A DNA stretch of 64,000 nucleotides from the NCBI GenBank assembly GCA_041659065.1, contig JBAZYY010000001.1, positions 274,228 to 338,227 on the forward strand, read 5' to 3'. The notes beneath the pieces were generated by a model. The model did no database searches. It saw only the letters and a program-made list of their open reading frames with translations, and was not told the origin of the DNA. Both the position numbers and the translations under genes were made by a program. Below are positions 47,849 through 57,167 of this stretch, in pieces. Positions within the stretch are counted from its first letter, which is position 1; each line of letters opens with the position of its first letter. Source of the stretch: Parcubacteria group bacterium. Its GTDB lineage: Bacteria > Patescibacteriota > Minisyncoccia > Moranbacterales > UBA11712.

Positions 47849-47904
47849 TTTTTCCTCTCTGAAGGTGTTTGGGCTTAATGTTACAAACGAACTGTTTCAT
47901 TTTT

Positions 47905-48300
47905 TTATTCATCGTCCATCATTATTCTCTTTATTAGCGCTGCTATGCGTCCGTTGGTCGATAAAGACAGCGTGACCGCTAAGTACCGCTTGGCAATACG
48001 TCTCGGATCGCCAGGCTCGATGAACTCGTCATTAATCAGATCAAGGTCATCATCTATAACGCTACTTGGCTGACAGTCATCAATATTCGGATAGGCCAGG
48101 CTGGCTTCGAGAATCCCCTCGAGAAATTCGATAGTCCATGCGTTAAGAGTTTCTTTCGAATAAAAAGGGCCGACATTTATCGCTATGCAGTCGTAGCTGC
48201 CATCGCGATAGATGATATTAAAGGCAAGTATTGCCTGCTTCGGATTTAAGAAAAATAGCTGTCCCACGATCTCCTCCTTTTTCAGGCAGATATTTTCCAA
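47905..48300 (-). CDS. hypothetical protein
   Basis: 131-aa acidic ORF. Not RimM-like despite lying between khpA and trmD. Confidence 0.4.
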   Translation of the reverse strand: MENICLKKEEIVGQLFFLNPKQAILAFNIIYRDGSYDCIAINVGPFYSKETLNAWTIEFLEGILEASLAYPNIDDCQPSSVIDDDLDLINDEFIEPGDPRRIAKRYLAVTLSLSTNGRIAALIKRIMMDDE

Positions 48301-48337
48301 TAAGTTCCCTAAAATAAACTAGCAATAATCCTCTTAT

Positions 48338-48364
48338 TTTTCAAATAAAAAAGGCCTCTCTACT
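48338..48364. repeat. third copy of TTTCAAATAAAAAAGGCCTCTCTACTT
   Basis: 27/27 identical to 46786-46812. Confidence 0.7.
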
Positions 48365-48469
48365 TCCGCGGTAACCGCCCTTTATTTTTAAGAAAATTAA
48401 ATTTTAACTCTTTAGAAATGATTTTATAAAAGATTCCATTTCGCTATTTTCTTTTTTTTCCTGATCATT

Positions 48470-48516
48470 TTAAAAAACCCAAACAAAAACCGCGCATATT
48501 TGATAGCACGGTTTTT
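48470..48516 (-). terminator. putative intrinsic terminator after khpA
   Basis: ACCGCGCATATTTGATAGCACGGT imperfect hairpin with A/T runs on both sides. Confidence 0.4.
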
Positions 48517-48549
48517 GCGTAAGATAAAGTCCAAAAAAAGACTTATAAG

Positions 48550-48864
48550 CTACATTTTGATGTCATTGACAACGTCGTCAATGCTCTTCTTGGCTTCGCT
48601 TCTTTCGCCTCTTTGGCTTCCTTCCGGTTCGTTAATCTTGAGATTAACGCGAGCATTGTTCTTAGCACCAACCACGCGTAGAAGAGTCCGGATGGCTTTC
48701 GCCGTGGCTCCTTCTCGACCGATGACCATGCCCATATCCTTTGAATCAACGTCCAAAGTGATTAGCACGCCTCTTTCGTCGATAGTGCGTTCGGTCTTTA
48801 CGGCATCTGGAGTGTCAACCAGAGCCTTGACTACAAATTCTACAAATTCCTGATCTCTTTCCAT
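48550..48864 (-). CDS. khpA: KH-domain RNA-binding protein KhpA
   Basis: KH motif MVIGREGATAKAIRTLL. The ORF extends to 48903; the probable start is MERDQEF. Has a C-terminal extension. Confidence 0.75.
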   Translation of the reverse strand: MERDQEFVEFVVKALVDTPDAVKTERTIDERGVLITLDVDSKDMGMVIGREGATAKAIRTLLRVVGAKNNARVNLKINEPEGSQRGERSEAKKSIDDVVNDIKM

Positions 48865-48974
48865 CTTTTTCAATCTTAAGCTGATAATTTCGGAATTTGG
48901 CATTTCGGCATCGACCTTCTGCCCGCCACTTCCGCTTATTTCGTATTATACAAAAAAACTATAGTTTGTCAAAC

Positions 48975-49445
48975 CTATTTTTCCTCAGTTTTCTCAGACT
49001 TTTCTTCAGGTTTGGTTTCTGCCGGCACTTCGCCGCTGTCTTTTTTTATTTCCTCTTCCGCCTTTGCAGGTTCAACCGAGGTTTGCTCGCTAGCAGTCTC
49101 CTTCTTTTCTGCCGGGACGTCTTCTTTCTTTACTCCCCCGCCTGCCTCGTTTTTTGAAGCGTCTTGGGCAGGAACCGGTTTCTTCTTGATTTTGATGGCT
49201 CGCTTGGAACCTTTTATAATTCCGGCTTTGATCAAAAGATTATGAGCGCTGTCTGAGCATTGCGCCCCTTTTTCTATCCAGTATTTTACGCGATCTGTTT
49301 TGAAATCCCGTTCTTTTGTCTTGGGGTTGATAAACCCCAGCACTTCAATAAATTTTCCTTTAATAGGAGCTGTATGCTCTGTCACGACCATGCGGAAAAA
49401 AGCACTATTTTTCTTGCCCCGGCGAGTTAATCTGATTTTTAGCAT
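48975..49445 (-). CDS. rpsP: 30S ribosomal protein S16 with Lys/Glu-rich C-terminal extension
   Basis: MLKIRLTRRGKKNSAFFRMVV...GFINP. Confidence 0.9.
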   Translation of the reverse strand: MLKIRLTRRGKKNSAFFRMVVTEHTAPIKGKFIEVLGFINPKTKERDFKTDRVKYWIEKGAQCSDSAHNLLIKAGIIKGSKRAIKIKKKPVPAQDASKNEAGGGVKKEDVPAEKKETASEQTSVEPAKAEEEIKKDSGEVPAETKPEEKSEKTEEK

Positions 49446-49485
49446 AAATTAATAAAACTTAATCTGTGTATTAAGGCACTGGGAT

Positions 49486-49514
49486 ATAGTAATAATTTTT
49501 GGGGTTTTTGTCAA
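49486..49514 (-). promoter_or_regulatory. sigma70-like promoter TTGACA-17-TACTAT for rpsP
   Basis: Reverse-complement TTGACA at 49509-49514 and TACTAT at 49486-49491 with a 17-nt spacer, about 40 nt upstream of the rpsP ATG. Confidence 0.45.
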
Positions 49515-49551
49515 CTGCAATGGATAAATATATCCCTTCTCCTTGCCATTA

Positions 49552-51855
49552 TCACTGTATTTCCCCTTTTTCGCCTACTTGGTCCAATTTCACTGACAAT
49601 ACTTTGGAGACGCCGTCCGAGCCCATCGTAACGCCGTAAAGAGCTGAAGCCTGTCGCATGGTTTCTCGGTTATGCGAGATCAGTATGAATTGAGTGTGAG
49701 TTGAAAGCTCTTGCAAGATCCTGCCGAATCTTTTCGAGTTGGCCTCGTCGAGCGCCGCTTCAACTTCGTCCATTACCGCGAATGGAGGGGGGTTGTTGGA
49801 TATTATCGAGAATAGCAGAGCCTGGGACGTAAGGGTTCTTTCGCCTCCTGAAAGCATAGTGAGCCCGCTGATTCTTTTGCCGGGCGGACAGGCCTTGATC
49901 TCAATCCCCAGCTCTTTCTGTTTTACATTCTCTTCCTTTTCTTCGTCTTCCATTTCTTGATCATCGAGCTGGCTTTTGCTCGTGTGCCTGCCCTCTATTT
50001 GGACACGGGTTAGCTCCGCGCTGCCACCTCCAAATATTATTTTGAAATATTTGGAAAATTCCTGGTTAACCCTTTTGAACGTTTCTTCAAATGCGCCCCG
50101 AATTTTAAGATCCATTTCTTTGATGATATCAGCCAGAGTTACAATCGCCTTCTCAAGGTCTTCCGACTGGCTGCTCAGAAAGTCATATCTTTTTTGAGTT
50201 TCCTCATATTCCTCAACGATCATTGGATCGATTGCCCCGATCTGCTCGGACAATACCTTAAGCCTTCCTATTTCCCTTTCCAGCTGTTCGATGTCTAAAT
50301 TTTCACCGCTCGTATCGCTACTAAGCGCCTCATCCGGGTTACTTATATTCAGATCCAGTTTGATTCTTTGCCCGAGGTCCTCTTCCCTGACTTCAACTTT
50401 GGCCAGCCTTATTTTCACTTCATTGCTGCGATCACGATATCCGTTGAGCGTTTCCCGCAGTTTTCTCAGCTCGCTTTCCAGTTCAAAATACTCCCGGCGC
50501 GCTTTTCGGTCATCGGCAATTAATTTTTCCATGGAAGACCTGTTTTCTTCCGATTTTTTTTGCATTATCTGCAATTTGTCGGAAAATTCTTTTTTTCTTC
50601 TCTCCAAATCTCCGACTACCCTCAAATCAACCGTATGCTGTTGAGTTTCATGCGTTTCCTCGATTTTCCCATCGTTAATCTCCTGATAGAACTTGTTTAT
50701 TTTTGCTTTGAAGTCGGCTAGATCCGCTTTCAACGCCTCAAGGCCGTCCAAGCTGGTTATTTCGTTTGCTCTCTTTTCGATTTCCTGGTATTTTGCCAGA
50801 ATTTCCTTCACCTTATTTTTAACATACGGGAGATCGACTGGAATCTGGCTTACAAGTTTAAGATTTTTTGCTTTTTCTTTTTCAATTTCTATCTTTGCTT
50901 CGACGACGGAAATTTCCCTCTGCAGGGTATTAATGCCGGAAAAAATCTCCGCCCTATCTTTTTCAAGCGCGTCTCTTTTGTTCTCAAAATCGAAATTAAC
51001 GTTACTTTCCTTTTTTAGCCTTATTTCCAGATCATCGACTCTTCGCTGCAGTTTCATTTCTTCTCTCCCGACTCCTTCCTTTTCTTCATCAATCTTATGC
51101 TTTTCATTTTTTATCCTCGTCCAAAGAAAACTGAATAACGCTTGCTGTTTTTCTTTTAGAGACTCCGAGACTTCCTCGCCGCGTCTCGCTTTTTCGGACT
51201 GGCGCCGGAGCACCCTGAGATGCGGTTCAATTTCTTTGATAAGATCGCTTGCCCTTTGCAGATTATTTCTGGTAGAGTCCAATTTCCTCAGCGATCGTTC
51301 CTTTTTTAGTTGAAACGGCTTTACTCCGGCCGCTTCTTCCAGGATGACCCTTCTTTCGATCGGCGTGGCGTTCAAAACGGCGTCTGCCATGCCCTGGTTG
51401 ATGATGCAGTAACTGCGCTGCCCGATTCCTGCTTTTGCCAGCAAATCCGTGACGTCTATTAATCTGACTTTACTGCCATTTATGGCGTACTCTCCTTCGC
51501 CGCTCCTGTGAACTTTTCTTGAAACCACCACTTCCTCATACTCGATCGGGATTTTTTTATCCGAATTGTCAAAAAAAAGAGAGACCTTGGCGCTGCCGAG
51601 CTGGGCTTTTTTGCCCGATCCGGCAAAAATTACGTCCTCCGTTTTTTTGCCCCGCAGGTTTTTGAGGGACTGTTCGCCCATTGCCCATTTCATGGCATCG
51701 GCGACATTACTCTTCCCGCTTCCGTTAGGCCCGACAATGGCGGTTATCCCGCATAATTTACCCTTGCTTTCAATGCTGCAGGACGGCAAAAAATCCAAGA
51801 CAGTCTTGGTTGCAAAAGATTTGAATCCGGTTATTTCGATGCGTTTTAAATACAA
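49552..51855 (-). CDS. smc: SMC-family ATPase, short (767 aa) with no recognisable hinge domain
   Basis: N-terminal Walker A GPNGSGKSN; C-terminal signature LSGGERTLTSQALLFSI, Walker B/D-loop AVMDEVEAALD and H-loop ILISHN. About 430 aa of coiled coil with no Gly-rich hinge and no CxxC hook. Confidence 0.7.
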   Translation of the reverse strand: MYLKRIEITGFKSFATKTVLDFLPSCSIESKGKLCGITAIVGPNGSGKSNVADAMKWAMGEQSLKNLRGKKTEDVIFAGSGKKAQLGSAKVSLFFDNSDKKIPIEYEEVVVSRKVHRSGEGEYAINGSKVRLIDVTDLLAKAGIGQRSYCIINQGMADAVLNATPIERRVILEEAAGVKPFQLKKERSLRKLDSTRNNLQRASDLIKEIEPHLRVLRRQSEKARRGEEVSESLKEKQQALFSFLWTRIKNEKHKIDEEKEGVGREEMKLQRRVDDLEIRLKKESNVNFDFENKRDALEKDRAEIFSGINTLQREISVVEAKIEIEKEKAKNLKLVSQIPVDLPYVKNKVKEILAKYQEIEKRANEITSLDGLEALKADLADFKAKINKFYQEINDGKIEETHETQQHTVDLRVVGDLERRKKEFSDKLQIMQKKSEENRSSMEKLIADDRKARREYFELESELRKLRETLNGYRDRSNEVKIRLAKVEVREEDLGQRIKLDLNISNPDEALSSDTSGENLDIEQLEREIGRLKVLSEQIGAIDPMIVEEYEETQKRYDFLSSQSEDLEKAIVTLADIIKEMDLKIRGAFEETFKRVNQEFSKYFKIIFGGGSAELTRVQIEGRHTSKSQLDDQEMEDEEKEENVKQKELGIEIKACPPGKRISGLTMLSGGERTLTSQALLFSIISNNPPPFAVMDEVEAALDEANSKRFGRILQELSTHTQFILISHNRETMRQASALYGVTMGSDGVSKVLSVKLDQVGEKGEIQ

Positions 51856-51869
51856 TTTTTGTTTTTGAA

Positions 51870-51939
51870 GAATTTAGAATTGTGAATTTAGAATTCTGAA
51901 TATAAATATTGAGTCTGGAATGCCAAATTCTAAATTCAC
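51870..51939. repeat. 14-bp perfect inverted repeat GTGAATTTAGAATT(30 nt)AATTCTAAATTCAC plus an extra direct copy of GAATTTAGAATT
   Basis: Located in the rnc-smc intergenic region: 51882-51895 versus 51926-51939, direct copy at 51870-51881. Confidence 0.7.
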
Positions 51940-51949
51940 GATTCGACTT

Positions 51950-52642
51950 TTACCATCCTTTTGCGTCCAGCGCGGCTTTTGCCGCTTCGCGCTGAGCTTC
52001 TTGTTTGGATGCTCCCTCTCCCTCGGCAACTTCGGCATCGCCAAGAAAGACTCCAATCACGAATCGCTTGTCGTGATCCGGTCCGGATTCAGAAACAACT
52101 TTATAGTTCGGGGTAATGCCGACCATCTCTTGAGCAGCTTCCTGAAAATGAGATTTAGGGTCAAGATACAGCCTGTTTTTTATAACTTCATCCAGATGTA
52201 TTAATATATTCTCCTTAATAAATGTGCTGGGAGCCTCATATCCGGCATCCAGGTACATCGCTCCGATAATCGCTTCGAGAGCGTTCGCCAAAAGATAATC
52301 CCTGGCCCGTCCGACATCTTTTGACTCGCCTCGGCTCATTAAAAGAAAATCTTCCACGCCCAGTCCCCTGGATACCCTGGCCAGCATGTCTTTATTAACG
52401 AGAGCCGCCCGCCAATTCGTCAGTTCTCCCTCAGGATTTGGAAAGTTTTTATAGAGATGATCAGTCACTACCAATTCTAAAACAGCGTCACCTAAAAATT
52501 CCAAGCGTTCATTGTGATCCAGCTTATAGCTTCTGTTTTCGTTCAGATATGAACGATGCGTAATAGCCATCTTGAGCAGATCCGAATTTTTGAATTTTAT
52601 TTTTATTTTATCTTCTAACCCCTCTATACCTTGAACAGCCAT
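51950..52642 (-). CDS. rnc: ribonuclease III
   Basis: ERLEFLGDAVLELVV signature with a C-terminal dsRBD. The ORF extends to a TTG at 52672; the ATG is at 52642. Confidence 0.9.
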   Translation of the reverse strand: MAVQGIEGLEDKIKIKFKNSDLLKMAITHRSYLNENRSYKLDHNERLEFLGDAVLELVVTDHLYKNFPNPEGELTNWRAALVNKDMLARVSRGLGVEDFLLMSRGESKDVGRARDYLLANALEAIIGAMYLDAGYEAPSTFIKENILIHLDEVIKNRLYLDPKSHFQEAAQEMVGITPNYKVVSESGPDHDKRFVIGVFLGDAEVAEGEGASKQEAQREAAKAALDAKGW

Positions 52643-52802
52643 ATATTTGCAAATCCTAAGTCCAAAGCTCAAATGTCAAATCAAGTTTGAAACCCGAAGC
52701 CCAAATTTAATGATTAGGCGTCTGGATTTAATTTGTCATTTGGATTTTGAAATTTGGATCTATGAAAATATTAAATAATTATTTGTTAATTTAATAAGTG
52801 TT

Positions 52803-53279
52803 TTACTCCTTCTGATCATTTTTAGCAGCTTCTTCTCCCTTTTTATCCTCTTTCATCGGCTCTCCCATCTCGCGATAGATTGTCCCCAGCACGCCGTTTA
52901 CAAATCTGCCGGAAGATTCCCCTCCATATGTCTTCGCGAGCTCTATCGCCTCATTAATGGCCACCTTGGGCGGAACTTCCTCGTAATTCCCGAAGACCAG
53001 CTCATAAATTCCCATTCTCAAGACATTTCTGTCAACTATGGTCACTTGCTCCAGTGGCCATTCCGGCGCGCATTTTTCAATCAATTTATCAATTTTATCG
53101 CGATGTTTCAATACTCCTCTCACGAGGGAGTGGATGAATGAATCATCGTCTATGCCTGGGCCAAATTCTTTGATATTATGCAAAATAATCTCTTCCGTCA
53201 GCTTATCGTTCTTGTCACGGAAGTCCCATTCATAGAGACATTGCATGGCAATGGAACGGAGTAGGTGTCTGTTAGCCAT
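52803..53279 (-). CDS. nusB: transcription antitermination factor NusB
   Basis: NusB fold; [12 protein letters not shown]...[14 protein letters not shown]. Confidence 0.8.
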   Translation of the reverse strand: MANRHLLRSIAMQCLYEWDFRDKNDKLTEEIILHNIKEFGPGIDDDSFIHSLVRGVLKHRDKIDKLIEKCAPEWPLEQVTIVDRNVLRMGIYELVFGNYEEVPPKVAINEAIELAKTYGGESSGRFVNGVLGTIYREMGEPMKEDKKGEEAAKNDQKE

Positions 53280-53302
53280 AAATTATATCAAAAATAAAAG
53301 AT

Positions 53303-54520
53303 TTATTTTAAAATTATTTTACTAAAATGCAATTTACCAACTTTAATTACTTTATTATTATAATCTTTTTTGTTTAATTCAAGCTTATAATCACTTATTT
53401 TTTTATCATCAATACTAACTCCGCCTTGTTCAATTTTTCTTCTGGCATCAGAAATGCTCTTTGCGCTTCCGGAGCGAACCATGAAATCAGTCAGCTTTAT
53501 TTTTGCGACATTAATTTTGACGGAACTGACCTTATCCGGCGACTCTCTCTTTTGAAAAACTCTCACAAAATTATCTTCAGCTGACTTAGCTTTTTCCGCG
53601 CCATGATACAATTCAACAATCATCCCGGCCAGCTTCATTTTTGTGTCACGCAGGCTGATTTTCCCACTTTTCACATCGCCCCGAAGAGCATCCAGTCCTT
53701 TTTTGTCGATATCTGTCGCCAGCTCAAAATATTCCTCCATCGCATCATCCGGAAGCGACATTATCTTTCCATACATTTGATCCGCATTGTCTGTCACTCC
53801 GACATAGTTATCGAGAGATTTGCTCATTTTTTCTTTTCCGTCCAGCCCAACCAGGAGTTTCATGATCACAAGCGTTTGAGGATCCTGCTGAAATTTTTCC
53901 TGGTAATGCCGGCCGAACAGCTCGTTGAATTTTTGGTCACTACCCAGAAGCACTACGTCATTTTTAAGTTCCACGCTGTCATAACCTTGCATGACAGGAT
54001 AAACCAGCTCATGCAGCCCGATATCTCTTCCACTCTTCATTCTTTCTTGGAACATATCTCTTTCGAGGATTCGCGCGGCGGTTGTCATGGTCATCAGATT
54101 CAAAAATTCATAAAAACTCATCTTGGAATACCACTCGGAATTAAAGCGAATTTCGAGTAAATTCTTGTCGAGCTTCAAAATTTTCGAAACTTGCTTGATG
54201 TAGGTCTCGGCATTTTTCTTTATTTCAGCCTCACTCATAACCGGACGGGTTTTATCTTTTCCGGTCGGATCTCCAATCTTAGTCGTGGCATCCCCGATGA
54301 GAAACAAAACTTTATGTCCCAATTCCTGAAATTCCCTAAGCTTTCGAAAGACGACCGCGTGGCCCAAATGCAAATCAGGCCGAGTGGGATCGGCGCCGAA
54401 TTTAATTTTTATTTTTTTCCCAGAAATGAGCTTCTTTTCTAAATCTTTGCGGCCGATAACCTCAGCGATTCCGCCCTCTTCAAGAAGTTTTCTGATCATT
54501 TCTTTTTTCGCGATCATTAC
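53303..54520 (-). CDS. tyrS: tyrosine--tRNA ligase
   Basis: HIGH (DPTRPDLHLGHAV) and KMSKS motifs with a C-terminal S4 domain. The ORF extends to 54562. Confidence 0.85.
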   Translation of the reverse strand, partial: VMIAKKEMIRKLLEEGGIAEVIGRKDLEKKLISGKKIKIKFGADPTRPDLHLGHAVVFRKLREFQELGHKVLFLIGDATTKIGDPTGKDKTRPVMSEAEIKKNAETYIKQVSKILKLDKNLLEIRFNSEWYSKMSFYEFLNLMTMTTAARILERDMFQERMKSGRDIGLHELVYPVMQGYDSVELKNDVVLLGSDQKFNELFGRHYQEKFQQDPQTLVIMKLLVGLDGKEKMSKSLDNYVGVTDNADQMYGKIMSLPDDAMEEYFELATDIDKKGLDALRGDVKSGKISLRDTKMKLAGMIVELYHGAEKAKSAEDNFVRVFQKRESPDKVSSVKINVAKIKLTDFMVRSGSAKSISDARRKIEQGGVSIDDKKISDYKLELNKKDYNNKVIKVGKLHFSKIILK

Positions 54521-54701
54521 TCGGTTATAATAGCATTTTACCCCACATATAGCAATAAACAAGCCTGAAATCCATTATTTCGCTCCTAGTCTGCCCCTGA
54601 AAAATCAACTTCATTACTGTTTACAGCCGTCCTTTTGACTGCAGTTTCCGCACCAACATGCGCTGGACACAGTTGACTCCTTTTCCTTCGCGGCAGGGCG
54701 G

Positions 54702-55487
54702 TTATTTTTCCAGTTTCTCGATCTGAGCCTGGAAAGATTCAATTTTTTTCTTGTCCAGATCAATAATATAATAGCTTCCCAGCTTACTTCCCAAAGTTAA
54801 GGGATTTCCAATCGCATACCGGACTTTCCGGTATTTTTTGGAAAATTCAAAATGCCAGTGCCCGGCCAGAACTATCTCAACTTTCCCATCGTTGCTAAAT
54901 GCACTTTCCATGTCTCTGTAGCTTTCATATATATCGCTATCTTGTTTATCAAAAATCGGGTGATGCATGACAACCAAAATCGGCTCTTCTGTATCCTCAA
55001 TCAAATCTTCAGCCCAGTTTTTTTGGGCAGGGCCCATTCCACCCGTTACCGCCGCTAGCTTTTCACTGGTATCAAGCACGACTATTCTCCATCCATAGCG
55101 ATCCAGATAATAGTAGTTTTCCTCCGTTTTCATGAATCTTTTTACCAAGCTCTTGTCATCGTGATTTCCGCGTGCCCAAATCAGCTCAAGTCCATTCCGT
55201 CTGGCAATACTCCTGATTCGTTTGGCGTAGCGAACTTGTTTTCCATAATCGGTAGAGTCCCCGGAGATAACCAATGTTTTGATGCCCTGGCTTTTAAGTT
55301 CGCGCGAAACCTCAAGAAAATATTTCCGAAAATATCTGGGATAAAAGACATTAATTTTACTCTTTTTCTTTTTTTCAGCATTCCCGGCATGAATATCCGT
55401 TACCCAGCCTATCTTTTCCGCGGATGCCAGACTGGGAATCATCAGGCAAAGGAAAATTAAAATTGCAATAAATCGCCTAATTTGCAC
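54702..55487 (-). CDS. calcineurin-like metallophosphoesterase (secreted)
   Basis: Signal peptide; GDSTDYG and GNHD motifs. Confidence 0.7.
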   Translation of the reverse strand: MQIRRFIAILIFLCLMIPSLASAEKIGWVTDIHAGNAEKKKKSKINVFYPRYFRKYFLEVSRELKSQGIKTLVISGDSTDYGKQVRYAKRIRSIARRNGLELIWARGNHDDKSLVKRFMKTEENYYYLDRYGWRIVVLDTSEKLAAVTGGMGPAQKNWAEDLIEDTEEPILVVMHHPIFDKQDSDIYESYRDMESAFSNDGKVEIVLAGHWHFEFSKKYRKVRYAIGNPLTLGSKLGSYYIIDLDKKKIESFQAQIEKLEK

Positions 55488-55663
55488 TAACTTTATCTGA
55501 AAAATTATATTCAGCTAGGCTTAGTATAACAGCTTACTATCGGCTAAGTAAACACATCCCCGAATAAATTTTGCGGTAAAAATAAAGAGCCCGCTTGGAT
55601 GGAAGGCTTTTCATCTCGCGACATCGATTCCAGTTCATTAGAGAATAGCAATGTGCGCCAAAA

Positions 55664-55936
55664 TTACAATCCTAATTTTTCTTTGGCAAGTTTTGCCTGT
55701 TCGTCTGTCAATTGGCCGGTCGCTTTCATTTGCTCTATGGTTTCAAGAATTTTATCCTTGTTTTTAGCGATATTTTCGGGAGTGAGCGCTTTTTGCATCA
55801 GTTTCTCGCGCTCTTTGGGATCCATCGACATTACTTTTTTCATCGCCAGACGCTGAAGCATGCCCATCTTCTGCTTTCCCTGGCCATCATCGTCATTTTT
55901 CTTGCTCCAAAACATACTTTTCTGACAAAACTTCAA
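55664..55936 (-). CDS. small Lys-rich hypothetical protein
   Basis: 90-aa ORF with no motif. Confidence 0.35.
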   Translation of the reverse strand: MKFCQKSMFWSKKNDDDGQGKQKMGMLQRLAMKKVMSMDPKEREKLMQKALTPENIAKNKDKILETIEQMKATGQLTDEQAKLAKEKLGL

Positions 55937-55990
55937 TACTACGTAGTATTGAAGTTTTGTTTTAGTTTATTTATATAATATTGGTAATTA

Positions 55991-56032
55991 AAAATTTAAA
56001 AAAATAAAGATTAGAGGGCGCAAGCGCCCTCG
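55991..56032 (-). terminator. intrinsic terminator GAGGGCGCTTGCGCCCTC + U-run after the 56055 gene
   Basis: Perfect 7-bp GC stem at 56015-56032 followed on the minus strand by TAATCTTTATTTTTTT. Confidence 0.55.
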
Positions 56033-56054
56033 CTATCCCCCTTGAATCCCCTTC

Positions 56055-56654
56055 TTACTTTTTCTTTTTTTTCACAAACTTCTGTCGCGCTTTGCCTATC
56101 CTTATCCACCCGAATTCCCCATCAAGCATCGTAGAATCAACAGGTCTCTGCTGATTCAATACTCCGCAGAGATTAACCCGCAGGCAAATTAAATCGCCAC
56201 TCAGGTTATCAACCTTAGTTATCGAGTATCGGCCTATTATGGTTAAAGCAACGGGCAGCATAAAGAGCCTGGGAAGATATTTGCCCTCAATGACATAGTA
56301 ATAATCTTTCCCCTGACTCCATATCTCACCGAGAGCCGGCTTTTTTCCTTTTTTACCCTGAATGATAGCAAGTAATTCCGCCTCCGTCTCGGGAACCTTA
56401 TTCTTATTATGCAGCAGTGGTTCAATATGAATCAGTTTCTCGTTGCCTAAATCAATGTAGGTATTGAATACCAGGACGTTATTACCCTGTCGAGTATTAA
56501 ATAACCCCCGCAGAGTTATATAGTCGACCTCGTAAAAAAGATGCCCATATAGTTCTCCGCGATTATTAACATGCCCCGGAAAACTGGCTACAAGGCCATT
56601 GGAGAACTCGCCAACCGGCTCGACAAACAATGACCAAGGATTTCTTGGCTTCAT
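56055..56654 (-). CDS. hypothetical protein
   Basis: 199-aa ORF with a C-terminal poly-Lys. Confidence 0.45.
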   Translation of the reverse strand: MKPRNPWSLFVEPVGEFSNGLVASFPGHVNNRGELYGHLFYEVDYITLRGLFNTRQGNNVLVFNTYIDLGNEKLIHIEPLLHNKNKVPETEAELLAIIQGKKGKKPALGEIWSQGKDYYYVIEGKYLPRLFMLPVALTIIGRYSITKVDNLSGDLICLRVNLCGVLNQQRPVDSTMLDGEFGWIRIGKARQKFVKKKKK

Positions 56655-56724
56655 AGCGCCCTCCCCGCGCGAATTATTTCCAAAGAACTGCCCTCTAGAT
56701 TTAAATTTCCAAAGTCCAGATCGG

Positions 56725-57135
56725 TCAATCGATTAGATTATCCGACTTAAGCTTGGGAATTGCTTCATGCTCAAAAATTGAGCCAACCTTCATATCTTTG
56801 GGGATTCCTGATGATATCCACCTTATTTCTTCTATTTCAGCTGATGGCACAGGATCGTTTCTCCAATCCTCAACTGTAAACACATCCATTCGTAGCATAT
56901 TATCTTCGTTTCCAGCCGCTTGTGCATAAAAAGTTCCAAATTCTTTAATATTTTTTCTTTTAATTTCAATTCCAAATTCTTCCTTGAGTTCTCTTTGAAG
57001 CGTTTCGAACGCACCTTCTCCTGATTCAACTTTTCCGCCCGGCGCAACAAAAACATCCTTATTCCTTGACCTCGACACCAATAATTTCCTGTTCTTAATT
57101 AATACTCCACCGATTTTATGGATATTATAATTCAT
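56725..57135 (-). CDS. NUDIX hydrolase
   Basis: Nudix box GGKVESGEGAFETLQRELKEEFGIEI. Confidence 0.8.
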   Translation of the reverse strand: MNYNIHKIGGVLIKNRKLLVSRSRNKDVFVAPGGKVESGEGAFETLQRELKEEFGIEIKRKNIKEFGTFYAQAAGNEDNMLRMDVFTVEDWRNDPVPSAEIEEIRWISSGIPKDMKVGSIFEHEAIPKLKSDNLID

Positions 57136-57167
57136 ATTTTATAAATTTAGGCTTCCAAAAATCAAGG

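Noticed and set aside
54563-54701. Possible T-box riboswitch leader upstream of tyrS
   Set aside because: The leader is only about 140 nt, and no T-box consensus (AAUUAGGGUGGNACCGCG) or specifier-loop architecture was found on the minus strand.
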